22,139 nt of DNA from Oculatellaceae cyanobacterium bins.114 (GCA_033764315.1 JANRJA010000101.1:1-22139), one strand, 5' to 3'; counted from the stretch's first letter, positions 1 through 10,025 are shown. The notes: generated from the sequence alone by a model not told the origin. Made by a program: numbers and translations.

Positions 1-58
1 CTCCGGGGTGCGACTCTCACAACCTCCTAATTTCACAAATGATTTAGGACTGCTATAG
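1..58. repeat. Family A MITE-like element, right half (truncated by window start)
   Basis: 33-58 (tcacaaatgatttaggactgctatag) is identical to 22023-22048. The end ATTTAGGACTGCTATAG is a 16/17 inverted match to CTATAGCAATCCTAAAT at 5900-5916. Confidence 0.85.
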
Positions 59-130
59 GAGTGTATTTAGGAGCTTAACAGCAAGGAGAAACACCACCCC
101 ATTAAGCTCTCGCCTCAACTCTCTAATATC

Positions 131-149
131 TTTCCAAACTATTTGGAAA
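131..149. promoter_or_regulatory. Perfect 8-3-8 palindrome, possible operator
   Basis: tttccaaa-cta-tttggaaa, about 60 bp upstream of the ATG at 211. Confidence 0.3.
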
Positions 150-210
150 TTCTGTTTTCGTCATGTTTTAGCTCGATCTATAGCGTTTAGAGAGGATCAA
201 ATTTAAAGCT

Positions 211-711
211 ATGGTTAATCAAAATACGACTCAGAAGCTCCAGCGTCCTGTTGGCACCTTTCAAACACAGGAAGAGATTCAAGTAGCCCAGAACGCTCTA
301 GAGGCAAAGGGTTTTTCGCAAGACCACATCTCCATTGTGGTTCAAGATTCAGACCCTAACCCAACGATGCAACGCTCTCAAGTTTTTAGAAGTGCCGTTG
401 GGGGGGCGATCGCTGGTTCTGTGTTTGGTTCTTTGATTGGCGCATTTTTTAGCCTGTTCTCACACTATCTCAACAGTACTGATGGTGCGACCCCAGACGT
501 ATCGACTTCTTTTGTAACAGGAATTTGTACCCTTGTTGGCTTGGTTGGAGGCGGTTTAATAGCGGCTTTAGCAGGTAATAGTGTTCCTCATGTCGGACCG
601 GCCTCCGATCGCGCCTCTCTGACACGAATCTATGTCCTGATGCTGAATGGTACGGCAGATGAAGCTTATCAGGCAAAGGAAGCTTTAGGTCAACCTGAGA
701 TTCAGATATAG
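211..711 (+). CDS. General stress protein-like membrane protein (YflT/GSP17M-like N-terminus plus glycine-zipper helices)
   Basis: N-terminal VGTF..QEEIQ.A..ALE.KGFS.D.ISIV pattern, then GGAIAGSVFGSLIG and GLVGGGLIAALAG glycine zippers; SD-like agagga upstream. Confidence 0.7.
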   Translation: MVNQNTTQKLQRPVGTFQTQEEIQVAQNALEAKGFSQDHISIVVQDSDPNPTMQRSQVFRSAVGGAIAGSVFGSLIGAFFSLFSHYLNSTDGATPDVSTSFVTGICTLVGLVGGGLIAALAGNSVPHVGPASDRASLTRIYVLMLNGTADEAYQAKEALGQPEIQI

Positions 712-732
712 CAAGGATAAGGACGGTGACTT

Positions 733-1152
733 ATGAGTTGGTTAGAACGGATATCGGTTCAAGAATCATGTGAACAGAGCGATCGCCCTGAGACACCAGA
801 GAAATCGATGGAGCCTGGATTAACAGGACAATATGATTGGGAAGTGCGTGAAAAAGCAGGGATGCACACTCCACCGCCACCTCCAGAGTGCATGGGGGTC
901 GAGGGAGAATATGACCCTTGTGGTTTAGCCAAACGAGTTGCATTAGCACTCGATCGCGACCCCATCGTAGATGACCTCGCAACATTAGAAATCATTCAAA
1001 TCGGACGGGCGATCGCCCTGAAAGGACGGGTCGCCGAGCCATCGGTTTTGTCTCGCATTGTAGAAGTCGCAAGCCAAGTGGATGGCACCGATGCAGTAGA
1101 TACAAACCAAGTCAACGTTGAGTCTGAGACTCACCCACCCTCTCAGTCTTAG
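733..1152 (+). CDS. Cyanobacterial BON-domain (phospholipid-binding, OsmY-like) protein
   Basis: GEYD..GLAKRVALALD, then ALKGRV....LSRIVEVASQVDGTDAVDTNQV BON-like fold; aaggac SD. Confidence 0.75.
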   Translation: MSWLERISVQESCEQSDRPETPEKSMEPGLTGQYDWEVREKAGMHTPPPPPECMGVEGEYDPCGLAKRVALALDRDPIVDDLATLEIIQIGRAIALKGRVAEPSVLSRIVEVASQVDGTDAVDTNQVNVESETHPPSQS

Positions 1153-1231
1153 GAGTTTAGAGATTTAAGAACTGACCTAGTTTGCTTTTATCCATTTTGT
1201 CTTGAAGCTTACCAAAGCCATTGTGATCACC

Positions 1232-1483
1232 ATGCAACTTAAGCCACGACATTCTTTGATTTATTCTTTTCCCAATCGGTCTGAATTTGAACCCGAACCG
1301 ACTCCTCAAATACCAGAACCTATTCCTGGTCCTGCCCCTGAACCAATTCCTGGTCCTGTTCCTGAGCCAATTCCAGAACCCGTACCAGAACCAGTCCCTT
1401 CACCCATTCCTCAACCTGTGCCTTCGCCGATCCCACAACCCATCCCCAGTCCTATTCCACAGCCAATTTTTATCCTCAATTAA
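1232..1483 (+). CDS. Small proline-repeat protein (13 x [IVA]-P-[EGSQ]-P)
   Basis: ATG at 1232 (track starts at TTG 1202). Strict alternating Pro over 52 codons using all four Pro codons. Confidence 0.55.
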   Translation: MQLKPRHSLIYSFPNRSEFEPEPTPQIPEPIPGPAPEPIPGPVPEPIPEPVPEPVPSPIPQPVPSPIPQPIPSPIPQPIFILN

Positions 1484-1597
1484 CCTGCAATCCATCCGTT
1501 TCTGACGGCTCAAGGCTTAGGGTTTTTGGCAAAATCCTGATCTCCTGATCTAGACTGCTATATGTTGCTAACTAAACTGACTCCTTGAGCCAACGCT

Positions 1598-2059
1598 ATG
1601 ACTCTTGATCTGCTCTTTGATGGTGCCAATATTTTTGTTTTACCCTTTTGGGCACTGATGATTTTGCTACCCAACTGGGGTGTGACGCGCAAAGTTATGG
1701 AGTCTTACTTACCATTCGTGGTGTTGGCAGGCGTCTATGCTTACTTATTTGTCAACAGCGTTGATCCTGAGACTGCACAGTCCTTCTCTAATCCCACATT
1801 GACAGATTTGGCTCAATTGTTTGCAGATGAGCGAGTCACCGCAACTGGATGGATTCACTTTTTGGTTGCCGATTTATTTGTTGGTCGCTGGATCTATTGG
1901 GAAGGGCAGCGGACTGGAGTGTGGACGGTTCACTCGCTGATTCTATGTTTGTTTGCAGGTCCACTGGGGTTGTTGTCACACATTACTACTCAAGCCGTCA
2001 CAAAACGATTCTTTCAAAAGACTACAACCGCCCCAGAACAAGTCACAGACGTGGCGTGA
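1598..2059 (+). CDS. ABA4-like family membrane protein (DUF4281)
   Basis: FVLPFWALMILLPNW..T.KVM, GWIHFLVADLFVGRWIY and HSLILCLFAGPLGLLSH motifs. Confidence 0.85.
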   Translation: MTLDLLFDGANIFVLPFWALMILLPNWGVTRKVMESYLPFVVLAGVYAYLFVNSVDPETAQSFSNPTLTDLAQLFADERVTATGWIHFLVADLFVGRWIYWEGQRTGVWTVHSLILCLFAGPLGLLSHITTQAVTKRFFQKTTTAPEQVTDVA

Positions 2060-2065
2060 TTGCTC

Positions 2066-2806
2066 ATGCCCCAACTCGATCTAACGATCGTCGCCATCAT
2101 TGCCATTATCGGACTCTCAACCTTTGTGCGAGCAGCAATCGGGTTTGGAGATGCACTGATTGCGATGGGCTTGATCACCAATGTCATTGGTTTAGACACT
2201 GCAACCCCTCTAGTCGCTCTAGTAAGCGGAGTCATTTCCATTGGCATTCTGATGTTTCAGTGGCAAAAGCTGCCATTTAGAGCGACACTGCCACTCATTG
2301 TGACGACGCTCTTAGGTATCCCATTTGGGTTGATGTTGTTGAAACTTGTACCTGAGCAGATTGCCATCACTGTGTTAGGAGTAGTTTTGTTGAGTTATGG
2401 TGCCTATGGGTTGTTAGGGTTAATGTTGCCCATGCTCACGAGCGATCGCCTGGCAGGTTTATTTGGGTTTATCGCTGGAGTATTAGGGGGTGCATACAAC
2501 ACGAGTGGATTAGTGATTGCGATTTATGGCACATTGAGACGGTGGCAACCAGAAGAGTTTCAGTTGACGCTACAGGGCTACTTTTTCTTCACAAATTTCC
2601 TGATTTTAGCAGGACATGCCTTTTCAGGTTTGTGGACTGCCAAGGTTTGGCATCTGTTTTGGATATCACTGCCTGTGGTTGGGTTAGCTATTTGCATAGG
2701 CACCCTAGCCAATCGTTTGATCAAACGAGAATTATTTGCAAAGGTAGTATTCGGCTTTTTGGTCGTGATCGGTCTAATTTTGTTGATTAAAAACGCTCTA
2801 CAGTGA
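2066..2806 (+). CDS. Sulfite exporter TauE/SafE (TSUP) family protein
   Basis: About 8 hydrophobic segments; IGFGDAL, GFIAGVLGGAYNTSG and F..TLQGYFF motifs. ATG at 2066 preferred over TTG at 2060. Confidence 0.8.
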   Translation: MPQLDLTIVAIIAIIGLSTFVRAAIGFGDALIAMGLITNVIGLDTATPLVALVSGVISIGILMFQWQKLPFRATLPLIVTTLLGIPFGLMLLKLVPEQIAITVLGVVLLSYGAYGLLGLMLPMLTSDRLAGLFGFIAGVLGGAYNTSGLVIAIYGTLRRWQPEEFQLTLQGYFFFTNFLILAGHAFSGLWTAKVWHLFWISLPVVGLAICIGTLANRLIKRELFAKVVFGFLVVIGLILLIKNALQ

Positions 2807-2883
2807 AGGCACTGTTGCGGGTTCTCGCCCATTGAGCGAGTTCAATACACAGATACAGCATGAGCGATCGCACGTTGGTAGCC

Positions 2884-3717
2884 CTACTTCAACGCCTGAA
2901 TCCGGTGTTTGCCGCTGTAGATATTGAAGCGATCGCCCCGCAAAAACCCAATCAAGGTCATGTTAAATGCTTGAGCAAGAGCCACGGCCAGACTACTGGG
3001 GGCAGACACAGCACAAAGCATAGGTGCTCCTGCCGCGAGGCATTTCTGCACTAACTCAAAGCTCAACCGACCACTCACCATAACAATGCGGTCGCGCCAA
3101 GGTAGCTCGTCACTTAAAAAGGCAGAACCAATCAACTTATCCAGAGCATTGTGTCGTCCAACGTCTTCTTTTACAGCCAGCAAGTTGCCTTCACAATCAA
3201 ACAGGGCAGCGGCGTGCAAGCCCCCAGTACTCCTAAACACGGCTTGCTGCGATCGCAAACGATCTGACAGCGTGTAAATGACACTGGCATCAACTTGCAA
3301 TGTATCAACCAAGGCAGCATATCCCTGAAGTTGCAACGCTTCAAGACTGGCTTTACCGCAGACCCCACAGGCACTTGTGGTATAAAAATGCCGCTCTAGC
3401 GGTTGCAGATCGGGAAAGAGACCCAGACTCAAAGCCACATTCACAATATTGTGGCGTTGTTCTCCATCCATCGTTGGATCGACGCAATAACTCAATCGCT
3501 GAATGTCATGACGGTGGTGAACAATGCCTTCGCTATAGAGAAAACCAGCGGCTAATTCAAAATCGGCTCCAGGGGTTCGCATGGTTATGGCAACTGGACG
3601 TTGAGGGTCAACCAAGCGAATTTCGAGCGGTTCTTCTGTGGCAAGCTGGTCAATTCGCGATCGCCACTGTCCCTGGTCAACGACCCAAAGCGTTGTTTTT
3701 GTTTTGCTAGATTTCAT
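2884..3717 (-). CDS. fdhD: Formate dehydrogenase accessory sulfurtransferase FdhD
   Basis: EEPLEI, TMRTPG.D.ELAAGFL.SEG, SACGVCGK, TGGLHAAA, EDVGRHNALDKLIG, SGR.SFELVQK, SAPSSLAV. Confidence 0.95.
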   Translation of the reverse strand: MKSSKTKTTLWVVDQGQWRSRIDQLATEEPLEIRLVDPQRPVAITMRTPGADFELAAGFLYSEGIVHHRHDIQRLSYCVDPTMDGEQRHNIVNVALSLGLFPDLQPLERHFYTTSACGVCGKASLEALQLQGYAALVDTLQVDASVIYTLSDRLRSQQAVFRSTGGLHAAALFDCEGNLLAVKEDVGRHNALDKLIGSAFLSDELPWRDRIVMVSGRLSFELVQKCLAAGAPMLCAVSAPSSLAVALAQAFNMTLIGFLRGDRFNIYSGKHRIQALK

Positions 3718-3802
3718 CTCAGTAGCAAGAGCTAATCAAGCCTAGATCATTCGGGTTTCGATGTCGCTCAACTCACCCGTAAAAGAAACATGAGGTTGCT
3801 TT

Positions 3803-4564
3803 CTAGGCGTTGACAAAATTCATGCGGCTCAAAAAGGTTTTGAGGCGATCGCACTTAGGATAGGTCAATACCTGTCGGGCTGACCCCTCTTCTTCCACCA
3901 AACCTTGATTGAGGAACAAAACTCGGTGAGCAACTTCACGGGCAAACTGCATCTCGTGGGTGACAATCACCATCGTCATTCCCTCTTCTGCCAGTTGTTT
4001 CATCACCTCTAACACTTCACCCACCAACTCTGGGTCAAGCGCACTCGTGGGTTCATCAAACAACATAATTTTAGGCTTCATACACAAAGCACGGGCGATC
4101 GCCACCCGTTGCTTTTGTCCACCCGACAGTTGCTCTGGGTAAACCTCTGCCTTGTCAAGTAATCCTACTTTTTCTAAATACGTGCGAGCCAGTCGTCGGC
4201 TCTCTTTTTCAGATTGACCCAACACCTTACAAGGAGCTAGGCTGAGGTTGTCAATTACGGTCATGTGAGGAAATAGATTGAATTGCTGAAACACCATCCC
4301 CACATCTGCCCGCAACTGGCGCAACTGTTTCATGGAAAGGTTAGGGGTTGACAAATCCATGCCATTGACCGTCAAACGCCCCCCATTAATTGCTTCGAGG
4401 CGGTTAAAGCACCGCAACAATGTGCTTTTGCCACACCCAGAAGGCCCGATAATCGCCACGACTTCGGATGAATTGATATAACCGCTGATGCCTTTTAAAA
4501 CTTGCAGAGGTCCGTAATTTTTCTGGACTTGCTCAAACTCAATCGCGGGAGTTTCAATATTCAT
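3803..4564 (-). CDS. Polar amino-acid ABC transporter ATP-binding protein (GlnQ/BgtA-like)
   Basis: Walker [52 protein letters not shown]. Confidence 0.95.
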   Translation of the reverse strand: MNIETPAIEFEQVQKNYGPLQVLKGISGYINSSEVVAIIGPSGCGKSTLLRCFNRLEAINGGRLTVNGMDLSTPNLSMKQLRQLRADVGMVFQQFNLFPHMTVIDNLSLAPCKVLGQSEKESRRLARTYLEKVGLLDKAEVYPEQLSGGQKQRVAIARALCMKPKIMLFDEPTSALDPELVGEVLEVMKQLAEEGMTMVIVTHEMQFAREVAHRVLFLNQGLVEEEGSARQVLTYPKCDRLKTFLSRMNFVNA

Positions 4565-4989
4565 AACTCAAATCGTGTAGCTCCTTTCAACAGCCTAACT
4601 CAGTCTCATCAGGATGCACCGTAACATTTGTGTCACAAGTTCACTTTCAATACATTTAATACTAAAAAAGTAAAACAATACTAAATAAAGTAAAAGTCTC
4701 CCTCAGTCAACTCAACCCACTCCAAATCTGAACCAAGAAACACAGGATAACCACCAACCCCTCATCCACCACATCAATCAGGTTTAAGGGCAAAAAGGAG
4801 GTGTAATTTATACAATCTGAGAGGTAATTCCACAAATTACCATCATTGCAAGGTATGAAACGGGGTGCATTACTACGAATAGAATGAACCCGACTTTGTA
4901 CAATAGAAACTTTAAAAGAGAGGCAATGTTTGCATGCCCATCACCTGTGGATATGCAGAAATATCAATTTTAACGGAGAATAATAGTTA

Positions 4990-5853
4990 GTGATGATTCG
5001 ACTTACGCGATCGCGGTTTCTACGACAGTGGGCTTTAGGAACGCTCAGTCTGATTTGCGCGCTTATGTTTGCAGCTTGTGGTAGTGCCCCTACTTCAGAT
5101 TCTGGCACTTCAACCAGCAGCCCTGAAGCGTCTCCTGCGGCTGAAACGGTGACTTTAAAGGTGGCGATCGACCCTACGTTCCCACCGTTTCAATCTAAAG
5201 CAAACGATGGCACATTAGAAGGATTCGATATTGATTTAATTCGAGCGGTTGCAGAAGCAGGTGGGTTTACCCTTGACTTGCAACAGTTGCCTTTTGATGG
5301 CATTATTCCAGCTTTGCAAGCGGGGACGATGGATGCCACCATTAGTACGATGACAATCACTCCAGAACGGGCAGAAGTGGTTGAGTTCTCACGCCCCTAT
5401 TTCAAAGCAGGGTTAGCGATCGCCGTTCAAGAATCTAATACGGATATTCAATCCTTTGAGAATTTGGCGGGTAAAACGATCGCTGTTCAAATTGGAACGA
5501 CTGGAGCCGAAAAAGCCAACGAAGCTAATGCAAAAGAAGTTCGCACCTTTGACAATGCCCCATTAGCCCTGCAAGAGTTAGCCAACGGCAACGCCGATGC
5601 GGTTATTAACGATGCCCCTGTGACCCTGTTTGCTATTAAAAGCGGCGAAATCAGCGGCATCAAAGTCGTCGGTGAACTGCTCACCGAAGAGTATTACGGC
5701 ATGGCCGCTCCAAAAGACTCCCCTAACTTAGACCTGATCAACTCCGGGTTGAGTACCATCATTGAGAATGGGACTTACAAAGAGATCTACCAAAAGTGGT
5801 TTGATGGTGAACCCCCTGAGTTGCCTGAAACCGCCCCTAGCTTAGGCACTTAA
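4990..5853 (+). CDS. Polar/basic amino-acid ABC substrate-binding lipoprotein (SBP_bac_3, GlnH/ArtJ-like)
   Basis: Lipobox-like MFAAC; FPPF, GFDIDL, FDGIIPALQ, TITPER...FSRPY, VQIGTTG, E.YGMA motifs. Start may be ATG 4993. Confidence 0.92.
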   Translation: MMIRLTRSRFLRQWALGTLSLICALMFAACGSAPTSDSGTSTSSPEASPAAETVTLKVAIDPTFPPFQSKANDGTLEGFDIDLIRAVAEAGGFTLDLQQLPFDGIIPALQAGTMDATISTMTITPERAEVVEFSRPYFKAGLAIAVQESNTDIQSFENLAGKTIAVQIGTTGAEKANEANAKEVRTFDNAPLALQELANGNADAVINDAPVTLFAIKSGEISGIKVVGELLTEEYYGMAAPKDSPNLDLINSGLSTIIENGTYKEIYQKWFDGEPPELPETAPSLGT

Positions 5854-5869
5854 GATCTTGATTCGGCAA

Positions 5870-5894
5870 AGGGGTATGGCAATGCTATACCCCT
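5870..5894. terminator. Stem-loop after the SBP gene (terminator, mRNA stabiliser or short dispersed repeat)
   Basis: aggggtatggc-aat-gctatacccct: 11-bp stem with one G-U pair; no long U-tail. Confidence 0.5.
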
Positions 5895-5899
5895 CCTCT

Positions 5900-5966
5900 C
5901 TATAGCAATCCTAAATGGGTGGTGAGAGGCGTGCCTCTCACCACCCGCCCATCTCACAACTGATTT
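5900..5966. repeat. Family A element, right end truncated
   Basis: Left TIR ctatagcaatcctaaat; perfect 14-bp stem 5917-5930/5933-5946; then atctcacaactgattt, with the expected aggactgctatag missing. Confidence 0.8.
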
Positions 5967-5968
5967 CA

Positions 5969-6073
5969 CGACTTTCCCCAGATCCCCGGTTGCTGTTGAC
6001 GCCAATCAGGCTACTTTGAGGATGCTGAACGAGCAACCGGGGATCTAAACCTCTAAGCTGCACATCGGGTTAA
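5969..6073. repeat. Family B element, copy 1 (left end missing)
   Basis: About 90% identical to 12229-12329; 47-bp identical block 6011-6057 = 12270-12316; perfect 15-bp IR 5980-5994/6032-6046. Confidence 0.9.
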
Positions 6074-6166
6074 TTTATGATGAAGTCTCCTTTTAAGGAG
6101 GATTGAGGATCAAAATCTTCATCAATAAATTAGCTCTGACACACGCCTTACCCTACAAAAAATACT

Positions 6167-6886
6167 ATGTTGCGGGCACTAGAAATTATTGCAGAGGCAA
6201 TGCCAAACTTGCTGTTAGGAGCTGTTGTCACCCTACAGCTCACGGCAATTTCGATTTTCCTGGGAATGATTGGTGGGTCATTAATCGGCATTTTTCGACT
6301 GGCAGCCAACCCTCTATTGCGCTTAGCTGCCAGAGTCTATGTTGACTTTTTTCGAGGTACGCCACTGATCGTCCAAATTTTTATGATTTACTTTGGCATC
6401 CCTGCATTGGTTAGAGGCATGGGGATGAAGCTGACCTTTAATCAGTGGTCGGCGGCAATCATCGCGCTCAGTCTCAATAGTGCTGCCTATATTGCTGAAA
6501 TCGTTCGGGCTGGCATTCAATCGATCGAGATTGGTCAACGGGAGGCGTCTCAATCGCTAGGGTTGGGTCCCATGCAAACGATGCGCTACATTATTTTTCC
6601 CCAAGCTCTGCGACGCATGATTCCGCCTTTAGGCAATGAATTCATTAGCATGCTAAAAGATACGAGTTTAGTTGCAGTGATTGGGTTTGAGGAATTATTT
6701 CGACGAGGGCAAGTCATTGTGTCTCAAAACTATCGAGCCTTTGAGATTTATGCGTCGGTAGCCCTTGTTTATCTGGCTCTGACGTTGCTTTCATCGCAGG
6801 TGTTTAGTTGGCTAGAGCGGTTGATGAATCCAGTAGAGCGATCGAAGCGACAAGCGATCGCCCCAGTTGCAACTACAGAGGCTTAA
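6167..6886 (+). CDS. Polar amino-acid ABC permease (HisM/GlnP family)
   Basis: YVDFFRGTPLIVQIF.IYFG, LNSAAYIAEIVRAGIQSI..GQ.EA..SLG (EAA loop), PPLGNEFI..LKDTSL. Confidence 0.95.
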   Translation: MLRALEIIAEAMPNLLLGAVVTLQLTAISIFLGMIGGSLIGIFRLAANPLLRLAARVYVDFFRGTPLIVQIFMIYFGIPALVRGMGMKLTFNQWSAAIIALSLNSAAYIAEIVRAGIQSIEIGQREASQSLGLGPMQTMRYIIFPQALRRMIPPLGNEFISMLKDTSLVAVIGFEELFRRGQVIVSQNYRAFEIYASVALVYLALTLLSSQVFSWLERLMNPVERSKRQAIAPVATTEA

Positions 6887-6930
6887 GCCTGGAGACACCC
6901 AAACCTTCTAGGCTCACGCCTAAAAACCAT

Positions 6931-6958
6931 AATACCCCTCCGATCGAAGGGGTATTTT
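6931..6958. terminator. Probable terminator between the convergent permease and atpC genes
   Basis: aatacccct (6931-6939) pairs with aggggtatt (6948-6956), followed by a T-run. Confidence 0.7.
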
Positions 6959-6987
6959 AATCATTTCAGTGGAATGATAGAAATCAA

Positions 6988-7395
6988 CTAAATCCCACCA
7001 ACCGCCTGTAACCGAGCACGAGCACGCTTAAGGGCTTGATTGGCTTGAATCTGCTCTTGACGGTTCTCACTGCCACTTGCCTTGTTGACACGGGCTTGAG
7101 CCTGATCGTAAGCAGCACGCGCCTCATCTTTATTAATAGATTCAGCCCGTTCAGCCCCATTGACCAAGATGATGACTTCATCGTTTTCAACTTCAGCAAA
7201 ACCACCCATAAGGGCGATCGCCACCCAATCTCGGCTAGCCCGAACGCGCATCACACCTGCATCCAGAGCAGTCAACAAAGGAGCGTGACCCACCAAGATT
7301 CCGAGTTGCCCAGTAGTACTAGGCAAAATGACCTCTTCTGCGGCAGAGTCCCAGACGGTTTTATCTGGAGCAATAACACGGACAGTTAATGGCAT
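6988..7395 (-). CDS. atpC: ATP synthase F1 epsilon subunit
   Basis: [14 protein letters not shown]...[28 protein letters not shown]-terminal LKRARARLQ; directly downstream of the beta subunit. Called atpE in cyanobacterial/plastid nomenclature. Confidence 0.97.
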   Translation of the reverse strand: MPLTVRVIAPDKTVWDSAAEEVILPSTTGQLGILVGHAPLLTALDAGVMRVRASRDWVAIALMGGFAEVENDEVIILVNGAERAESINKDEARAAYDQAQARVNKASGSENRQEQIQANQALKRARARLQAVGGI

Positions 7396-7481
7396 GGCTT
7401 ATTTGCAAGAACAATAGTGATTAGTATGGGAGTCAAGAATGGAGGTTTGGATGTCAAACCCCCATTCTCAGGCAACAGTGC

Positions 7482-8954
<1,473 letters not shown>

Positions 8955-9015
8955 TTAAATAACCCAAATCCGTTAATTCTGAAAACAGCCTTAAGTTTTG
9001 GAATCGCCATCTTTC

Positions 9016-9024
9016 AGATTATCA
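9016..9024 (-). promoter_or_regulatory. Candidate extended -10 promoter for atpDC
   Basis: Minus strand reads TGaTAATCT (TGnTAnnnT), about 85 bp upstream of the atpD ATG. Confidence 0.4.
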
Positions 9025-9039
9025 CTGATTGACACTTCT

Positions 9040-9987
9040 TCACGTTCGCTTCCGTAAAAACCCAAACCCTAATGTAATTAAAGTCAACAACCCAGCAATG
9101 GCGTTGGGTTCAGGAATAGATGCTGGGTCAGAACCGGGTGAAGGAGTTGGACTGGTAGGAGTCAGAGGTGGCGTCGCACTCGGAACAGGATCGGGACTGG
9201 GGCTGGGGCTGGGAGTAACCGTAGGAGTGGGGCTTGGCTCGACACCACCAGGGGCAGGGCTAGCACTAGAGGTGGGTATTGGCACCGGAGTCGGAGTCGG
9301 AGTTGGGATAGGAACCGGAGTCGGAGTCGGAGCCGGAATAGGAGAAACACGAGAGATAAATCGTGCCCCTTTTAAAGTGATGTTGTAAGGCAACAGGCGC
9401 GACTCAACTGAACGGCGAATTTGCCAGTTGGTAATGGGCGATCGCACCACATCTTCAGGACCGTACAGTTCTCGTCGAGCGTTGGGAAAAATGTATCCCG
9501 CCTCAGAGATAGGGTCAACGTCATATCCCGAAATGCCTAGATAATAGACCCCTGCGGTTAAAATCCCGCTACTCAGACGAGGGTCAACCCGAATCGTTGA
9601 ACGATTGGTATTAGGGTTATACCGTCCCCAATCATCTGGAGAGGTGTCATCGTTGGCATAAAGACCATAGCCATTTTCATCAAATAGAAATAGCTGAGTA
9701 TCAGGATAGAGAGTCAGTTGCTGATTGGCAGTGGTCGCCAAAAAAATCTCGTCCCACCCAATGTAGATCTTATATAGATCGGCTCGTTGGTTAATGCTAC
9801 CGACAATGCTGTCGAGACGAATATTTCCTAGGGCTGAAGTGACATCCATCGCTGTTGAAGGCACAGCCCCTGCTTCTCCAACACTGTTTTCATAAAAAAC
9901 GGCGGCTTGAACTGCTTTTTCAGAAGGCAAGATAAAAACAGCACTAGCCAGGATTGTGATTAAGGCTTTTACTCGAAGAGTGTTCAT
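9040..9987 (-). CDS. PEP-CTERM surface protein with DVUA0089/PPC-like domain and Pro/Thr/Ser stalk (paralogue 1)
   Basis: Signal peptide ending [23 protein letters not shown] and [12 protein letters not shown]-rich linker; IPEP + TM helix + RKR tail. Confidence 0.85.
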   Translation of the reverse strand: MNTLRVKALITILASAVFILPSEKAVQAAVFYENSVGEAGAVPSTAMDVTSALGNIRLDSIVGSINQRADLYKIYIGWDEIFLATTANQQLTLYPDTQLFLFDENGYGLYANDDTSPDDWGRYNPNTNRSTIRVDPRLSSGILTAGVYYLGISGYDVDPISEAGYIFPNARRELYGPEDVVRSPITNWQIRRSVESRLLPYNITLKGARFISRVSPIPAPTPTPVPIPTPTPTPVPIPTSSASPAPGGVEPSPTPTVTPSPSPSPDPVPSATPPLTPTSPTPSPGSDPASIPEPNAIAGLLTLITLGFGFLRKRT

Positions 9988-10025
9988 CGCTATAAATTTG
10001 GTTTAGCTATGGCACAACTCTGGGT

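Noticed and set aside
1310..1400. IPEP/VPEP motifs as PEP-CTERM sorting signals
   Set aside because: No following TM helix or basic tail, and no signal peptide.
1530..1563. Remnant of family A (gactgctata) with a tcctgatc doublet
   Set aside because: Only a 10-bp match; could equally be promoter sequence.
4565..4989. NtcA box or glutamine riboswitch for the ABC genes
   Set aside because: The GTA...TAC pairs found have 5, 6 or 11 nt spacers rather than 8; no glnA-motif consensus recognised.
4990..5030. Tat signal in the SBP (TRSRFL)
   Set aside because: No consecutive RR; a Sec lipoprotein signal is sufficient.
9029..9388. Gly/Val-rich plus-strand ORF
   Set aside because: Antisense shadow of the Pro/Thr linker; the other short overlapping ORFs in the track were rejected as shadows too.
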